NCBI RefSeq assembly: GCF_006345805.1
Contig: NC_043001.1
Coordinates: 20,460,001 to 20,524,000, forward strand
Origin: Octopus sinensis
Taxonomy: Eukaryota
DNA length: 64,000 bases
Direction of reading: 5' to 3'
Shown: one piece after another, positions 61,598 through 64,000 of the stretch
Position numbering within the stretch: position 1 is the stretch's first letter
How the letters are laid out: every line of letters starts with the position of its first letter
Notes under the pieces: model-generated
Told to the model about the DNA's origin: nothing
Seen by the model: only the letters and a program-made list of their open reading frames with translations
Databases searched by the model: none
Translations under genes and position numbers: made by a program

Positions 61598-64000
61598 ATG
61601 CACTTATTGCATGTGAGCTTTAGAAATATTCCCTTGATATAGTTGCGCTTTCTGAAACTTGTCTCTCTGGTGAGGGTCAAGTAAATGAACCTACTTATGG
61701 ATATACAATCTTTTGGAGAGACCTGCCTAAGGGTTAGCATAGAGAATCTGGTGTTGGGTTTGCTCTCAGGAATACATTAGTATCCCCCATTGCAGAGCTT
61801 CCAAGTGGTATATCTGAACAGATCATGTCATGCTGTATTTAACTGACAATAGGTAAGTTTCTTACCGTTGTCAGTATTTATGCACCAACAATGTCCCATT
61901 CTGATGAAACTGTAGGACAGTTTTATGATGATCTAGCACAATTATTGAGGAAAGTACCAATTTCTGACAAGCTGGTCATATTGGGAGATTTCAATGCAAG
62001 AGTTGGAAAAGACTATGTTTCATGGCCTGTTTTAGGTCGACATGGAATTGGAAAATGCAATAAAAATGGAGTAGCTCTTTTGACATTTTGTACTGAGAAT
62101 AATCTGGTTGTCACCAACACTCTGTTTAAGCAGAAAAATAAAACCACCTGGATGCACCCAAGATCTAAGTACTGGCATCTCATTGATTATATTCTGATAA
62201 GAAAACGTGATATGAAAGACGTTTCTAGCATTTGGGCCATTAGAGGAGCAGAGACTTGGACTGACCATCCTCTAGTGTGTGGGAAAATAGATTTTTTGAT
62301 AATGCCTAAAAATCGACAGCCTGGTCCTAAGGTATCCCAAAAGTTAAATGATGCAAACTTTAAATTATCAAGCAACTTGCAAAAATTCCATGATGCTATA
62401 GAAAGTATCAATCTTGACCCAAATATTCTATGGGAAGATTTCAAAACAAAAGTATTTCAGGCTGCAAGTTCGTCAGTGGGATTTAAATCTCATAAATCCA
62501 GTGCCTGGTTCTCAGATAGATCAGCAGAAATTCATGATCTACCTTTAGAAAAACAAAGCTTAGGCAATACACTTCTTTCTCAGTCCTTGAACCCCAACTC
62601 AAACAAAGCTTACAGAAAGCTGAAAAGGAAAGTGTAGACTGCTCTGAAGAAAATTAAACAGGAATGGTGGAATTATAGAGCAAAAGGGGCACAAGAAGCA
62701 GCTGATAGAAATAATGCCAAGGGTTTGTACTCTTATGTTAAGGAGGTATATGGCCCAAAATCTTCTTCAATAGCTCCAGTGAGAACAGCAAATGGACGTT
62801 TTCTTCTGACTGACACCGCTTCTATTCATAAGTGTTGGGTAGAACATTTTTCCACACTTTTGAATGGACCATCATCCATTAACATGAGGACGATAAAAAA
62901 AAAATTAAACACCTTTTAGTTATAGAACAGATGACATTTGAACCAATTCTAATTGACATTTATTTAGTTGTGAATAAGCTGAATAACAATAAGTCTCCAG
63001 GGTCTGATGGAATCTGTGCAGAAGTCTTGAAATATGGGGGTGACAAAATGTTTGAATTCTTAACTATATCAATTTGTCACTTTTGGAGAACTGAGAAAGT
63101 GCCTCAAGACTGGATTGATGCCATTTTAGCCTCCTTGTGTAAATTGGGACCAAAGGATCTGTGTGGTAATTTTCATAGGATTTCGTTTTTGTCTGTGGTT
63201 GGAAAGGTACTTGCCTGCATTTTGTTAGACCATTTAAATACCTTTATAGTTCCAAATAAAGTGTCTGAGTCTCAGAGTGGTTTTCGTTCCTCCAGGGGTA
63301 CAGTTGATTGTATTTTTCACTGTCAGACAATTACAAGAAAAGTGCATTGAACAGAATCTTGCTCTATACCATTGCTTTGCTGATTTGAGTAAAGCATTCG
63401 ATACTGTTAATTGAAATGCTCTGTGGCTAATTCTAAGGAAAATAGGTTGCCCAGAAAAATTTGTAAACATGGTCAGGGCTTTGCATCAAGATATGAAAAC
63501 TAGAGTTAATTTTGGTGGTAGGCTCTCTGAATCTTTTGCTGTGGAAAATGGAGTAAAGCTAGGAGACCTTGATGCACCCACCCTCTTTGCAATATACTTT
63601 GTTGTTGTGATGTCACATACTTTTCAAAACTCTGAAGAGGGTTATTACATAAAATATTGAACAACAGGGAATGTTTTTAATATGACCAGACTAAAATTCA
63701 AACTTCATTAGGGAACTTTTGTATGCTGACGATTGCAATCTTGTCTGTCATTCTGAAATAGATCTGCAATCTCTTGTATCTGCATTTGACTCAATTTGTG
63801 ATGATTTTGGCTTGACCATCAACTTGAGAAAAAAACAGTTGTAATGCATCAACCTGTGTGTGGTGCTGTTTGTAACCCCGCTAAAATTTTTGTTAAGGGA
63901 AAGTTGTTAAGGGTTGTTGATTCATTTGCCTACCTTGGAAGCTCTGTTCAAAATGATGGAAATCTTCATAGAGAAACACAGCTGTGAATTCAAAGGGCAG
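61598..64000 (+). mobile_element. RTE-BovB-like LINE ORF2 (endonuclease and RT), disrupted, runs off the window
   Basis: DIVALSET, GVGFA, SIYAPT, LGDFNARVG, WMHPRSKYWHLIDY, KSPGSDGI, ESQSGFRSSRGTVD, DLSKAFDTV and YADD motifs across ORFs 61891-63660. Confidence 0.92.

Overview
AT-rich eukaryotic genomic DNA that is mostly intronic or intergenic and saturated with transposon relics and microsatellites. The SINE families and (TA)/(CA)/(GA)/(CAT) content suggest a coleoid cephalopod, probably an octopus (inference, no search run). There is no intact long ORF. Recognisable content: (1) a near-full-length Tc1-like element with a DD36E (Incomer-type) triad; (2) a degraded DD37D (maT) element; (3) RTE, RTE-BovB-like, CR1-like, R4/Dong-like and Hero-like LINE fragments; (4) at least three tRNA-headed SINE families; (5) two non-autonomous Helitron families and a Helentron/HINE-like element; (6) several MITEs; (7) a 5S rRNA pseudogene. 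Hammerhead-ribozyme-like motifs occur in four unrelated Penelope-like fragments, including a pair of ~250-bp direct repeats about 0.94 kb apart. Short minus-strand segments with good splice signals suggest an unidentified multi-exon host gene running from ~53 kb towards position 1; this model is tentative. SINE and LINE-fragment boundaries are approximate (about 10-20 bp) unless a TSD or TIR is quoted.
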